64,000 nt of DNA from Candidatus Iainarchaeum sp. (GTDB lineage Archaea > Iainarchaeota > Iainarchaeia > Iainarchaeales > UBA10219): assembly GCA_018304425.1 (NCBI GenBank), contig JAGVWE010000002.1, positions 96,001 through 160,000 of the forward strand. Reading direction: 5' to 3'. Position 1 is the stretch's first letter; each line of letters starts with the position of its first letter. Made by a program: the position numbers and the translations under genes. The notes beneath the pieces were generated by a model, which made no database searches, was not told where the DNA came from, and saw only the letters and a program-made list of their open reading frames with translations. Shown here in pieces: positions 27,823 through 37,374 of this stretch.

Positions 27823-28989
27823 ATGAAGGTGCTGATTGTTTCCGACAGCCCCAACACTCCTTCCGGATACGGGCGGGTGGCGGGAAAAATCGCGGCCTAC
27901 TTGAACAACCAAGCCGACGGCGAAGTGCATTTCCTGGGCCTGCAGGGCTTTGGGTTCCCAGCCTATTACTCGGGCACCCACGAAGAGCGGCTGGGCAAGC
28001 CCTTCCTAGTGCATCCAAGGGGAAAAGACCCATCGGGTGCCGACCTCCTTGCCTACTACTTGAAGAAACTCAACCCGCAGGCGCTGGTCAGCCTCGGAGA
28101 CCTCCAACAGCAAAACGCCCTAATGGCACCCATCACGGAAAGCGGCTGGAAGGGCCGCTGGTTCCCGTACACCCCCTATGACACGGAGATGTTCGTGCCC
28201 ACCTGGGCGTGCGCCAAGCGCGCGGAAAAAATCATCGTGCCGGCGCAGTTCGCTGAAAAGCTGCTGAAAGGCCACCTGGGCGCTGACAAGGTCGCGCGCA
28301 TCGAGCACGGAGTGGACTGCAAGGCCTTCAAGCCCCTGCGCAAGCCGGACGTGCGCAAGGCGCGCGGCCTCGACGGAAAGTTCGTGGTGGGCGCGTTCGG
28401 GAGAAACCAGTTGCGCAAGATGTGGGTGCAAACGGTCAAGGGCTTCGCAGCCTTCGCCAAGGACAAGAAGGACGCGCGCCTCGTGTTGCACACCGAGGAA
28501 CTGCCCTTCCGAGACGACTCCGGGCAGGGCTGGGCGTTCCCCAGCCTCCTCGCCAAGTACGGGATCAGGGACAAGGTCGTGTTCACAGGCGACCTCACCG
28601 AGTACCTGAATAGGTTTTACATCGACAATGGCATGCTCAACGAATTGTATAATTGCCTGGACGTCTACGGGTTTCTGACGGGAGGCGAGGGGTTTGGCCT
28701 GCCGGCCCTCGAGGCACAGGCCGCGGGCGTGGTGCCGGTGCTCACCGATTACACGACGGGAAAAGAGTTGTGCGGAAGCCACGGCCTGCTCGTGAAGCCG
28801 CTCGCGCTCTGGGAGAACCCGACTGGAATCGAGTGGGCGGTGGCGGACGAGAAGGAATTCGCGAAGCACCTGCAGTTCCTGTACGACCACCCGGACGAGC
28901 GCGCCAAACGCGGGAACCAAGCGCGGGAGTTCGCGCAGGGCTATGACTGGGAAAACGTGCTCCCCAAGTGGAAGAAGTTACTCTACTGA
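27823..28989 (+). CDS. Glycosyltransferase family 4 (GT-B)
   Basis: SGYG, HGVD, RNQLRK, EGFGLPALEAQAAG. Confidence 0.9.
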   Translation: MKVLIVSDSPNTPSGYGRVAGKIAAYLNNQADGEVHFLGLQGFGFPAYYSGTHEERLGKPFLVHPRGKDPSGADLLAYYLKKLNPQALVSLGDLQQQNALMAPITESGWKGRWFPYTPYDTEMFVPTWACAKRAEKIIVPAQFAEKLLKGHLGADKVARIEHGVDCKAFKPLRKPDVRKARGLDGKFVVGAFGRNQLRKMWVQTVKGFAAFAKDKKDARLVLHTEELPFRDDSGQGWAFPSLLAKYGIRDKVVFTGDLTEYLNRFYIDNGMLNELYNCLDVYGFLTGGEGFGLPALEAQAAGVVPVLTDYTTGKELCGSHGLLVKPLALWENPTGIEWAVADEKEFAKHLQFLYDHPDERAKRGNQAREFAQGYDWENVLPKWKKLLY

Positions 28990-29106
28990 TTTTCGGCAAT
29001 CGACGAATAATTTATATCTTGTTCGGTGCCAAGGCCATAAGCCATGCCCAGCCCGAAACCCGACATGTATTTATACAGGTTTGCACGTAGTATACCTGGT
29101 GATTGC

Positions 29107-29349
29107 ATGGGCTCCATGACTTTGGCCGTGCCAGAGGACCTTAGGAAAAAGATGAACAAGTTCTCGGAAATGAATTGGAGTGCCGTGGCACGGAACGCGT
29201 TCGAAGAGAAGGTGAAGGACCTCGAGTTCATTCGGGAGTTCAAGGCCCATAGCCGGATGACCGAGGAACGCGCCATCGAACTCGGACGCGAAGTGAGGAG
29301 TGGGCTGGCAAAAAAAATCCGGGATGCCGCCCATGAAAATCGTCGTTGA
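29107..29349 (+). CDS. RHH-type antitoxin (VapB-like)
   Basis: MTLAVPEDL...EMNWSAVAR; overlaps the PIN gene. Confidence 0.78.
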   Translation: MGSMTLAVPEDLRKKMNKFSEMNWSAVARNAFEEKVKDLEFIREFKAHSRMTEERAIELGREVRSGLAKKIRDAAHENRR

Positions 29350-29743
29350 CGCAAGCGTCCTCTTCGCTGTCATGATAAAAGCCGGCTTCAACGAACACCT
29401 TCTCTTTTTGAACGAATTGGAGCCTTTTGCGCCGGAACAATTGTTCGCGGAATTCAGGAAACACAAAAAGCAAGTGTTCGAGGAAACCGGCAGAACCCCC
29501 GCAAATTTCTTCCAGCTGACGAACATACTCAAAAAACGCATCAAAGTTATTCCGCTGGCCGAATTTGCCCAGTGCGTAAAAGAAGCAGAGGCCCTACTCA
29601 CCGACAAAGACGATGCCGCCTACCTCGCGGCCTGCCTCGCCACGAACATGCCCTTATGGAGCAACGACAAGGGGTTCAAGCGGCAACGAAGGGTAACGGT
29701 TTACACCACCCAAGAACTGGCAAGCTGCCTGGGGCTTGAATAG
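29333..29743 (+). CDS. PIN-domain toxin (VapC-like)
   Basis: IVVDASVL, E, DKDDAAY, WSNDK acidic tetrad. Confidence 0.88.
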   Translation: MKIVVDASVLFAVMIKAGFNEHLLFLNELEPFAPEQLFAEFRKHKKQVFEETGRTPANFFQLTNILKKRIKVIPLAEFAQCVKEAEALLTDKDDAAYLAACLATNMPLWSNDKGFKRQRRVTVYTTQELASCLGLE

Positions 29744-29751
29744 GCTGCATG

Positions 29752-30972
29752 TCAGCGCTTGGCCAGGCTCTTGTATACTTCCTCGAGTGCCCGGGCGTGG
29801 GCTTCGAGGGTCAACGGCGGGGCCATGCCCCGGGAGAGCTGTTCGGTGAGGTGGGGTTCTTCCGCGAACTCCAGCATTTTTTCGGCCAGGCTCTCCACGT
29901 CATTGAATTCGAAGACCAGGCCCGCGTTGTGCTTTTTGACGAGTTCTGGAAGGCAGCCGGCGTTCGAGGCAATGACCGGGACATTGCAGGCAATGGCTTC
30001 CAGGAGGAGCAGGGAAGCGGTTTCCTGTTTGAGTGTGGGAATGACCAAGACGTCAATGCGTTCAAAGACGCGGTCGATGTAGGTCCGGTCAAAGGAGCCC
30101 AGGAAGTTGATGGGGCTGCGCTTGCCGGCCAGGGAAACCAGGTGCTCTTCATAGGCTTGCTCGCCGTTGCCGTAGACGTCGAGTTCCGCGTCGACGCCCT
30201 TCAACGACTGGAAGGCCTTGAGCAGCAACTCGATGCCCTTTTCTTCCACCAGTTCCCCGATGAAGCCAAAGCGCAGCACGCCTCCAACGGACTTGAAGCG
30301 CAGGCGCGGGTTGAGCGTCCGGCCGAACGGTGCGGGAACCAGTTTTTCCGTGGGTACCCTGAATTCCGCCAGCTTCCGGGCCGCGAACTCCGAGGGGCAT
30401 AGGATGACGTCAAACTTTTGCAGGGCCTCCAGGCCCTCCCGCTGGTAGGACAGGTAAGCGCTCAAGTGGGAGAGGCGCTTGGCTTTTTCAAGGCCTAAAA
30501 GCCCCTGGTGGCCGGTGTGGCATTGAAAGCATTCGAAGCCCTTCACGTGCCCCGAACATAAAACGCCTTGGGGCTTGACGAGGGAAACCGAGGGGCACAA
30601 AATGCTGAAGTCATGCACCGTGAAAACGCTGGGGATGCCGCGCTCGTTGGCCGCGTCCAAGAGGCTGTACGGCAGCTCCATGAAGGAATGGAAGTGCACG
30701 ATGTCCGGCTTGTCCCGGTCCAGCACCCGCTCGAACAAGGCCCTGCCCGCCTCGCCAAAGGCCTTGGAAGGGCTCTTCGAAAAATTCAGGCAGTGCACGA
30801 AGTACCCGTTTTCCTCGAAGGAGCGGAGGTCGCGGTCACTGGACTCGCGGCGGCGGAAGGCCACGGAGGCCTTGTGCTCCTTGGATTGCTCGCGCAACAA
30901 GTCGCGTAAATAGAACTCGGTGCCCCCCAAACGGCGGGGCGAAAAATAGTTGGTTACGTGAGTGAGGCGCAT
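29752..30972 (-). CDS. Glycosyltransferase family 4
   Basis: GGTE, DIVHFH, TVHDF, KG, ET..L.LLEA; Cys-rich insert LCP..C..CFQC. Confidence 0.88.
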   Translation of the reverse strand: MRLTHVTNYFSPRRLGGTEFYLRDLLREQSKEHKASVAFRRRESSDRDLRSFEENGYFVHCLNFSKSPSKAFGEAGRALFERVLDRDKPDIVHFHSFMELPYSLLDAANERGIPSVFTVHDFSILCPSVSLVKPQGVLCSGHVKGFECFQCHTGHQGLLGLEKAKRLSHLSAYLSYQREGLEALQKFDVILCPSEFAARKLAEFRVPTEKLVPAPFGRTLNPRLRFKSVGGVLRFGFIGELVEEKGIELLLKAFQSLKGVDAELDVYGNGEQAYEEHLVSLAGKRSPINFLGSFDRTYIDRVFERIDVLVIPTLKQETASLLLLEAIACNVPVIASNAGCLPELVKKHNAGLVFEFNDVESLAEKMLEFAEEPHLTEQLSRGMAPPLTLEAHARALEEVYKSLAKR

Positions 30973-30974
30973 GC

Positions 30975-31127
30975 TCAGACCATGACCTTGCCCGGACCCA
31001 TCCTCGGCGCGCCAAAGTAACCGCAGTTGGCGCATTGGATGACCTGGCGAGTGCCGTCAAAAAAGGGGGTGACGAGTTCGGACTTGCATTTCGGGCAGGA
31101 CGGCACCTCTTTCAGCAATGGCTTCAC
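30975..31127 (-). CDS. Small zinc-ribbon protein
   Basis: CPKC..CANCG in 50 aa; GTG start overlaps the upstream stop. Confidence 0.6.
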   Translation of the reverse strand: MKPLLKEVPSCPKCKSELVTPFFDGTRQVIQCANCGYFGAPRMGPGKVMV

Positions 31128-31255
31128 CCCTTCCTCTTCCGCTGCGGCAGGGGAACGCATTCCTGGGAGTGCACGAACTCCGAGGAGAGCCTGGACTTCG
31201 GTTCGTCGATGCACCAGGTTTTTTCTTCTCTTTTCGGCCTGCGTTTCGCCTTCAT
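31124..31255 (-). CDS. Small basic hypothetical protein (43 aa)
   Basis: Tightly packed between two minus-strand genes. Confidence 0.4.
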   Translation of the reverse strand: MKAKRRPKREEKTWCIDEPKSRLSSEFVHSQECVPLPQRKRKG

Positions 31256-31259
31256 GCCA

Positions 31260-31625
31260 TCAGCGGACCATGTTGTCCTGGGGGTTGAGGGGCAGGGCGA
31301 GGTCAAACGGCTGCGAGGGCGCCTGGGTGTGCCTTTTCTTCATCTGGTCCAGGTAGGAGGACATCTTCTTCCATCCTTCTTCGGCGGCCTTGCCCCGCAA
31401 GACCTTGACAATGGTTTGCCGGGGCTGCCTATTCCCCCCCATGAAATCGTATTCGACCAAGACAATGTCATGGGACCTGACTTTATCGTTGAGCATGGGG
31501 TGCACCATGAAGGTGAACACGTTTTCGTCCCACGTCTCCACCATGGCCTGGACCGTGTTATCCGCCCCCAAAACCTCTTTCTCGTCCGCCTTAAACACCC
31601 GTAAAACCCGTGCCAAATGGTACAT
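31260..31625 (-). CDS. Hypothetical protein (possible OB/beta-barrel fold)
   Basis: Host-like codons; TTTAAA promoter-like box upstream; divergent from uL16. Confidence 0.7.
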   Translation of the reverse strand: MYHLARVLRVFKADEKEVLGADNTVQAMVETWDENVFTFMVHPMLNDKVRSHDIVLVEYDFMGGNRQPRQTIVKVLRGKAAEEGWKKMSSYLDQMKKRHTQAPSQPFDLALPLNPQDNMVR

Positions 31626-31779
31626 TAGCCAAGACCTCCGACCCTTCCCGACCCTGCCAGGATAAAGCAATCACCGGGAAAAACCTTTTAAAGGCTTTCC
31701 TAAGAAAGAATGGGTATTAATCCTGATTTTCACGGATTAACCCCCTTATCCCCTGACGGGAAAACATTGGCGTGATTGC

Positions 31780-32538
31780 ATGGGCCTCAGACCAGGACAC
31801 TGTTATAGGAACACCGGCCACAAACAGGACCGGGCCTACACGCGAGTGGCCATCACGGTGCCCAGAAAAAACTTCATCGGCGCCACGCCGGGGTTGAGGA
31901 CAAGGCAATTCAACATGGGCAACCCCACCAAGAAATACTCGCACCTGGTTGATTTGGTGCTGGAAGAAACCTGCCAGGTCCGGGACAACGCGATTGAAAG
32001 CGCGCGCCTAATCATCAACCGCTTCATGATCAAACGCATCGGCAAAGACGATTACTTCATGCGCATCCGGCTCTACCCCCACCATATTTTGCGGGAAAAC
32101 AAGCAGGCCCAGGGCGCGCACGCCGACAGAATCCAGAAAGGAATGTCTCATCCCTTTGGCCGGCCGATTGGCAGAGCCATCCGGGTGAAGTCCGGCGAAG
32201 TCCTCATGAGCGTGCTGGTCAACAAGGACCACATCGCGCTCGCCAAGGAAGGCCTGCTGCGCGCGAAAGCCCGCATGCCGTGCACCGTGCACGTGGAAGT
32301 CGGAACCGACGTTGAAAGCATTGGCACCCTGCCCCGAAGGGCCATCGAAGAGAAGGTCGTGCAGGAAGTCAAGGAAACCGCCGAATCCGTTGCCGCCGCA
32401 GGCGCGGAAGGCGCAGCGGCAGGCGCGGCCGGAACGGAAGCCGGAAAAGGTGGCGCTGCAGCCGCCCCCACGGCCGCAGGCCCCACAGCCGGCGGCAAGG
32501 AAGCCGGAAAGGGCTCGGAAAAGAAGGGCAAGAAGTAA
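31780..32538 (+). CDS. rpl10e: 50S ribosomal protein uL16 (L10e) with Ala/Gly/Lys-rich C-terminal tail
   Basis: LRPGHCY, NAIESAR, YPHHILRENK, GAHADRIQKGMSHPFGRP. Confidence 0.96.
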   Translation: MGLRPGHCYRNTGHKQDRAYTRVAITVPRKNFIGATPGLRTRQFNMGNPTKKYSHLVDLVLEETCQVRDNAIESARLIINRFMIKRIGKDDYFMRIRLYPHHILRENKQAQGAHADRIQKGMSHPFGRPIGRAIRVKSGEVLMSVLVNKDHIALAKEGLLRAKARMPCTVHVEVGTDVESIGTLPRRAIEEKVVQEVKETAESVAAAGAEGAAAGAAGTEAGKGGAAAAPTAAGPTAGGKEAGKGSEKKGKK

Positions 32539-32551
32539 GGGCAGGAAACAA

Positions 32552-33664
32552 CTATTTGCCCAGTGCCACGTTGAGGGCCGCGATGTCGTCCATGACGAGC
32601 TGCCGCTTCTTGTCGAGCAAGGCATGGTCGGCGTCCAAGACTTTCGACATGTTGCAGGTCCAGGCGATGTATTCCTCGGGCGACATGCTGGGCTTGTCCG
32701 CGCCAATCGCCTTGTCCAGGCCGTAATTGATGAGCTTCTGCAGGTTGGAGGAAAGCACGCTGAACATCTTGGTCGGCATCTTCTTCAGCATCAGAGCCGA
32801 GTCGATGATGAACTTGTCCGTGACGTCCGCGAGGGTGTTCAGGCATTCCTTGACGAAGTGCTGCCGCAGCCGCGTGGTCTCCTGCATGGAGGCCGTGTAG
32901 TCGTTGCCTTCCTGGACGAGCTCGTCCTTCTGGGCCTGCAAGGCGGCCTTGTCAATCACGCAGGAAGCCCCATCAACGATGAGGGTGCAGACGCCTGGGA
33001 AGCCGTAGTTCGCGACCGTGAAGTTCTGCTGGGTGCAGTCGGTGTCAAAGGTGTTCACGCACTTGTTGGTCTGCGCGTCGCAGCCCCGCTTCCACAAGAC
33101 ATTGACTTCGCACTTGCCTTTGCAGTCGGAGTCGAAACGGCATTCGCCTTTTTCCCCGGGTTTCTCCTCGCCTGAAGACGAAGCCCCCAACTGGGCCAGG
33201 CACTGGTCCTTGGAGGCGGTAACCATGCCCATGCGGCTCACGTTCCCCGAAATCTTGTCACAAAGCGAGGAGTCGCCGGTGGCCCGGGCAACTGCCTGCA
33301 GGCACTCGCGGGGGTCGTCGCCCACGATGCCGCCGTTCACGCTGTTGCAGAGGTTGGGGTCCTTGAGCTTGATGGCCAACTCGCTGTAGCACTTGGCTTT
33401 CGGCGCGGGGTCGGAAATCTTCTCGCACAGTTCGGGCTTGCCCTTGACGATAGCTGTTTTTTGCCAGCAGTGCTCGCGCGCGCCCGCATCCTCCACCGCA
33501 CCACAGGCAAGTTCTCCGCCCAAACCGGCCGCGGTATCCGCGACCCCGGGGTTGGTCTCGATGAAGTTCGTGACGTCGCGTTCGGGGTCGCCGGTGCAGC
33601 CGGAAAAGACCACTACCAAAAACAGCGCGAACAAAACGAGTGGAAGCTCTTGCCCCATCGGCAT
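32552..33664 (-). CDS. Cys-rich repeat lipoprotein
   Basis: Lipobox VFSGC; repeats C..I......CY..LA....P.LC. Confidence 0.78.
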   Translation of the reverse strand: MPMGQELPLVLFALFLVVVFSGCTGDPERDVTNFIETNPGVADTAAGLGGELACGAVEDAGAREHCWQKTAIVKGKPELCEKISDPAPKAKCYSELAIKLKDPNLCNSVNGGIVGDDPRECLQAVARATGDSSLCDKISGNVSRMGMVTASKDQCLAQLGASSSGEEKPGEKGECRFDSDCKGKCEVNVLWKRGCDAQTNKCVNTFDTDCTQQNFTVANYGFPGVCTLIVDGASCVIDKAALQAQKDELVQEGNDYTASMQETTRLRQHFVKECLNTLADVTDKFIIDSALMLKKMPTKMFSVLSSNLQKLINYGLDKAIGADKPSMSPEEYIAWTCNMSKVLDADHALLDKKRQLVMDDIAALNVALGK

Positions 33665-33740
33665 AATTAACGCTTAACTGGTATAAATGGGTTTCCGCAG
33701 GCAAAATCTTTATTAACCCGAAAAGCCTTAGTTAAGGCGT

Positions 33741-34224
33741 ATGGTCTACGGAACCCCGAAGAAGGGCGGCTATGGCGGCGGCCTCGGCAGCATTGCCAAG
33801 AAAATCGCGGCCGACCGGCAAGCCAAGGAAGCGGCCGTGCCACCCCAGTCAACCTAGGCGGCCCAGGCCCGCCCCGGTGTCGGGCAGCAACGCGCACTCG
33901 CAAATCATTTACCCCAAGAAGAAAGAAGAGGCCACGGCGCAGGCCGTGGAACAAAAGCCGAGGGACCTCGAAGCCGAGCGCGCGAACGCGGTCATCGTCT
34001 ACCCCACCAAGGAGCCTGCCCCCCGGCCGGCCGAGCCGGCGAGACCCCGCCCCCTCCAGGGGCCATCCAAGGGGGACGCGCACACGATTATCATTTACCC
34101 GAAAAAGAAGGAACCACCACAGGCCGTGGCACAGGCGCAGCCGGTGAAAGACGAGCAACCGCTGACTGAACCAACAGAAAAACCGGAAGACAAAAGTCAG
34201 GGCGCAAACGCGCCACAGACTTGA
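33741..34224 (+). CDS. Low-complexity repeat protein (3x A(H/N)xxI(I/V)YPxK); reading frame apparently broken near 33840-33875
   Basis: ATG 33741 follows a TTTATTAA box and gives 37 natural-looking codons then TAG; the repeats lie in the +1 frame (ORF 33772..34224). Confidence 0.5.
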
Positions 34225-34225
34225 C

Positions 34226-34471
34226 ATGCACGGACTCAATGGTAAAAGATGCCCTTCCTGCGAGCGGGGTGAGCTGCACCGAACGTCCGAAAAACACGGT
34301 GCGGCGCGCATTTGCGCGCATGTGTGCGATAACTGCCCTGAACGCTGGTATTCTTTGAGTTCAATGAAAAAACTGGAACGCATGGAAAAGACTAATTTTC
34401 CGGCTTCGCGGCACTCCACATCAAGTCAAAGTATTCCCGGTAAGCATCGGCTAGGCGCTCGTTCTCGATGA
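34226..34471 (+). CDS. Small YgiT/MqsA-type zinc-finger protein
   Basis: CPSC.RG.L ... CDNC.E.WY; 3' end overlaps the trmB-like gene. Confidence 0.5.
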   Translation: MHGLNGKRCPSCERGELHRTSEKHGAARICAHVCDNCPERWYSLSSMKKLERMEKTNFPASRHSTSSQSIPGKHRLGARSR

Positions 34472-35150
34472 CGATGCCAATCCACTTCTCGGGTTCGAGC
34501 TTCAACCAAATCGAGGTCTTGAAGCCGTACACCCAGGTCACGGCCGGGCTTTGATGGGCTTCGGGGAGGACGCGGAATTGAATGGTGGGGGAGTGCACGA
34601 TGTCCACACCGGGATGGTAGAGGTAACGGCCCTTGATGCCGAGGCGCTCGCGTTCCGCGTAGTGCTTCTGGTGAAAGATGGGGTCCAGCTTGCGGAACTC
34701 CCCACTCGCGGCCCCAAAGCAAACCATTTCCTTTTCGGGGTGCTTCTGGCACTCGCGCAAGACGTCGTTGAAGGCCGTGCGCGTGCCCTCCCTTCCCTCA
34801 TAGACCTGGACGTTGACGCTGGGCAGGGAGGGAGCGGCCAGGGACTGAAGTACCGGCAAGGCCTCCTGGAAGATGCGTTGCTGTTCGCGGACTCTTTCCT
34901 CGCGCTCGCGCAGGAAGTCCAGGATTTTTTCCGGGGGCGAGGCCTGGAAGAACCGCTTGTTGTTCTTGATGGCGTAGGAGGCGAGGCCATGGGCCATGAG
35001 CTGGTTGAGCGCGTCATAGATGTTGGGACGCGAAATGCTGACCTTCTTCGCAAGCGAAGCAGCGGTGGAGGAGCCGGCCTTGAGCAGGGCGAGGTAGGTT
35101 TTGGCTTCTATTTTCGAGAAACCCAGTGCCACCAAAACGGAAGCATCCAT
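34392..35150 (-). CDS. TrmB family transcriptional regulator
   Basis: LGFS..EAKTYLALL, SRPNIYD.L..L, VYEGREG. Confidence 0.9.
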   Translation of the reverse strand: MDASVLVALGFSKIEAKTYLALLKAGSSTAASLAKKVSISRPNIYDALNQLMAHGLASYAIKNNKRFFQASPPEKILDFLREREERVREQQRIFQEALPVLQSLAAPSLPSVNVQVYEGREGTRTAFNDVLRECQKHPEKEMVCFGAASGEFRKLDPIFHQKHYAERERLGIKGRYLYHPGVDIVHSPTIQFRVLPEAHQSPAVTWVYGFKTSIWLKLEPEKWIGIVIENERLADAYREYFDLMWSAAKPEN

Positions 35151-35206
35151 GTTGTATCTACTCCATACAACGCATTATTAAATCGCTGGGCGTGGCAAGG
35201 GGTTTT

Positions 35207-36340
35207 ATGGGGTTTAAAAGGGTAAACTGGTTGGGGTTTTGGGTGCTGGCCCTGGTGCTGGCATCGGGTTGCAGCCAAAAAACCGTGGAAAGCCAGGCAG
35301 CGAGTGAAAGCCTTCGCATTGGTTTCGTGGCGCCCTTGACCGGGAACGCGGAGTGGTATGGCGAGCACCAGTGGAAGGCCATCCAGTTGGGCGTGGACGA
35401 AATCAACCAAGGCGGCGGCATCAACGGCCGGAAGCTGGAAGTCGTGGCCGAAGACGACCAGTGCCTGCCCAAGCTGGGCGCGGAAGTCATGCAAAAGCTG
35501 GCCGCCGTGGACCGCGTGCCCCTCGTGCTCGGAGCCTACTGCAGTTCGGTGTGCATGTCCATGGCCCCCATCGCCGAGGCAAACAAAGTGGTGATGGTCA
35601 ACGAGTGCAACACCGACAAGCTCCGCGAGGCCGGGGAATACGTCTTCCGCATCAAGCCCGGGGCCGCCCAGGAAGGGAAATTCATCGCCGACGCGATGCG
35701 GGCGCGCGGCGCCACGCGATTGGCCTTGTTGTTCATCAACAACGAGTACGGCGTGTCGACGAAGGACGAAGTGAAAAAGAATTTCGCGGCAGACGGCGGC
35801 AAGGTTGTGGCAGAAGAGGCCTTCGAACAGGGGGCCAGCGACTTCCGCTCCCAACTCGCCAAAGTCAGGGAAGCGCGGCCCGACGCGGTGTACTTCGTCG
35901 GCTACGCGAAAGAAAACGGGTTGCTGGTGCGGCAGGCCCACGAGCTTGGCTTGCGGCAGGCCCTCTACAGCAGCCTCACGCTCGAAAGCGCGGACTTCCT
36001 CGAGGCAGCCGGCGAGGCCGCGGAAGGCATCGTCTACCCCTACCTCTACGACCCCAACAGCCCGGAAGCCGTGGTGCGCGCCTACAATGAAAAGTTCAAG
36101 GCGCGTTACGGCGAGGACAGCGAGATGTGGGGCGCGTTGTACTACGATGCATTGGTGCTGCTGAAACCCGTCCTCGAAAAGTGTGGGAACGACAGCGGTT
36201 GCCTCAAAGACGGGTTGCTGAAAGTCCAGGGCTTTGAAGGGGTTACCGGCCGCATGGAGTTCGACGAGAAAGGCGACGTCGTGAAACCCTATCTCTTGAA
36301 AACCGTGCGCGGCGGCGGGTTTGCGACGCTAGCCGATTAG
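35207..36340 (+). CDS. Branched-chain amino acid ABC substrate-binding lipoprotein (LivK paralog)
   Basis: Lipobox LASGC; IG..APLTG, INQGGGING, EDDQC.P, GVTG...FDEKGD. Confidence 0.9.
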   Translation: MGFKRVNWLGFWVLALVLASGCSQKTVESQAASESLRIGFVAPLTGNAEWYGEHQWKAIQLGVDEINQGGGINGRKLEVVAEDDQCLPKLGAEVMQKLAAVDRVPLVLGAYCSSVCMSMAPIAEANKVVMVNECNTDKLREAGEYVFRIKPGAAQEGKFIADAMRARGATRLALLFINNEYGVSTKDEVKKNFAADGGKVVAEEAFEQGASDFRSQLAKVREARPDAVYFVGYAKENGLLVRQAHELGLRQALYSSLTLESADFLEAAGEAAEGIVYPYLYDPNSPEAVVRAYNEKFKARYGEDSEMWGALYYDALVLLKPVLEKCGNDSGCLKDGLLKVQGFEGVTGRMEFDEKGDVVKPYLLKTVRGGGFATLAD

Positions 36341-36375
36341 TGGCCTTTAAAAGGCTTCGGGGGCGAGTATAGGGT

Positions 36376-37374
36376 ATGCTGGACTTGGACCTCGAAGGCC
36401 TCTTGACGGAAGTCAAGGCCTTGAATCCCGCGCCTAAAACCATGGTCGTGCAGTTCCCGGACGGGTTGAAAATCAATTTACGGGAGGTAGTGGAACGACT
36501 CGAAGAGGCGACGCACGCGGAAGTCATCTCCGTGCTCGACCCCTGCTTTGGCGCCTGCGACCTGGCCGATGACAAGGCCAAGAAGTATGCCGCTGACCTG
36601 CTCATCCACTTCGGGCACTCGAAACTCTACCACGCGGCCGTGAAGACGCTGTACTGGCCACTGCACTACCGGGTCTCCGAAGAGGCCATCTGGAAAATCG
36701 CCGGGAAGCTGAAGGCGCTCAAGGTGAAAACCGTGAGCCTCAACGCGGCCTCCCAGTATGTCAAGGATTTGGACCGGCTTTCGAAGGCGCTCGAAAGGGA
36801 GGGCATTCACGCCGAACAAGGGAAGACGAAGTCAGCCCTCGAACGCGGGCAGGTACTTGGATGCGACCTCTCCAACCCCCGCACAGTCGAAGGAGCGGTG
36901 GACGCGCACCTGTTCTATGGAGACGGGTTGTTCCACGCGCTGGGATTGCTGTTCGCTTCGAAGAAGCCGTGCTACCAGTTCAACCCCCTCCTGATGGAGT
37001 GGGTGGACTTGAACCAGTACCATGACAAGTTCCTGCGCAGGCGCTACGCGCTCATCGGCAAGGCACAGGAAGCCAAGACCTTCGGCATCCTCATGAGTTC
37101 CAAGGTCGGGCAGTTCCGCAAGAAAATCGCCGTCGAAGCCAAGAAGCTGATTGAAAAGCACGGGAAGAAAGCATTTCTGTTCAGCTTGGACAACGTGAAC
37201 CCCAATGCCTTGATGGGGCTGGGGATCGACTGCTGGGTGAACACGGCCTGCCCCCGCATCGCCACCGACGACGCGGGCTTGTACAAGGAGCCCATGATTA
37301 CGCACGAGGAACTGAAGGTCGCGTTGGGCGAGAAGAAGTTCGAAGAATACGTCTTTGACGAGATACGGCATTAG
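36376..37374 (+). CDS. dph2: Diphthamide biosynthesis enzyme Dph2
   Basis: QFPDGLK, PCFGACD, HFGH, GQVLGC, TACPRI (three Fe-S Cys). Confidence 0.95.
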   Translation: MLDLDLEGLLTEVKALNPAPKTMVVQFPDGLKINLREVVERLEEATHAEVISVLDPCFGACDLADDKAKKYAADLLIHFGHSKLYHAAVKTLYWPLHYRVSEEAIWKIAGKLKALKVKTVSLNAASQYVKDLDRLSKALEREGIHAEQGKTKSALERGQVLGCDLSNPRTVEGAVDAHLFYGDGLFHALGLLFASKKPCYQFNPLLMEWVDLNQYHDKFLRRRYALIGKAQEAKTFGILMSSKVGQFRKKIAVEAKKLIEKHGKKAFLFSLDNVNPNALMGLGIDCWVNTACPRIATDDAGLYKEPMITHEELKVALGEKKFEEYVFDEIRH

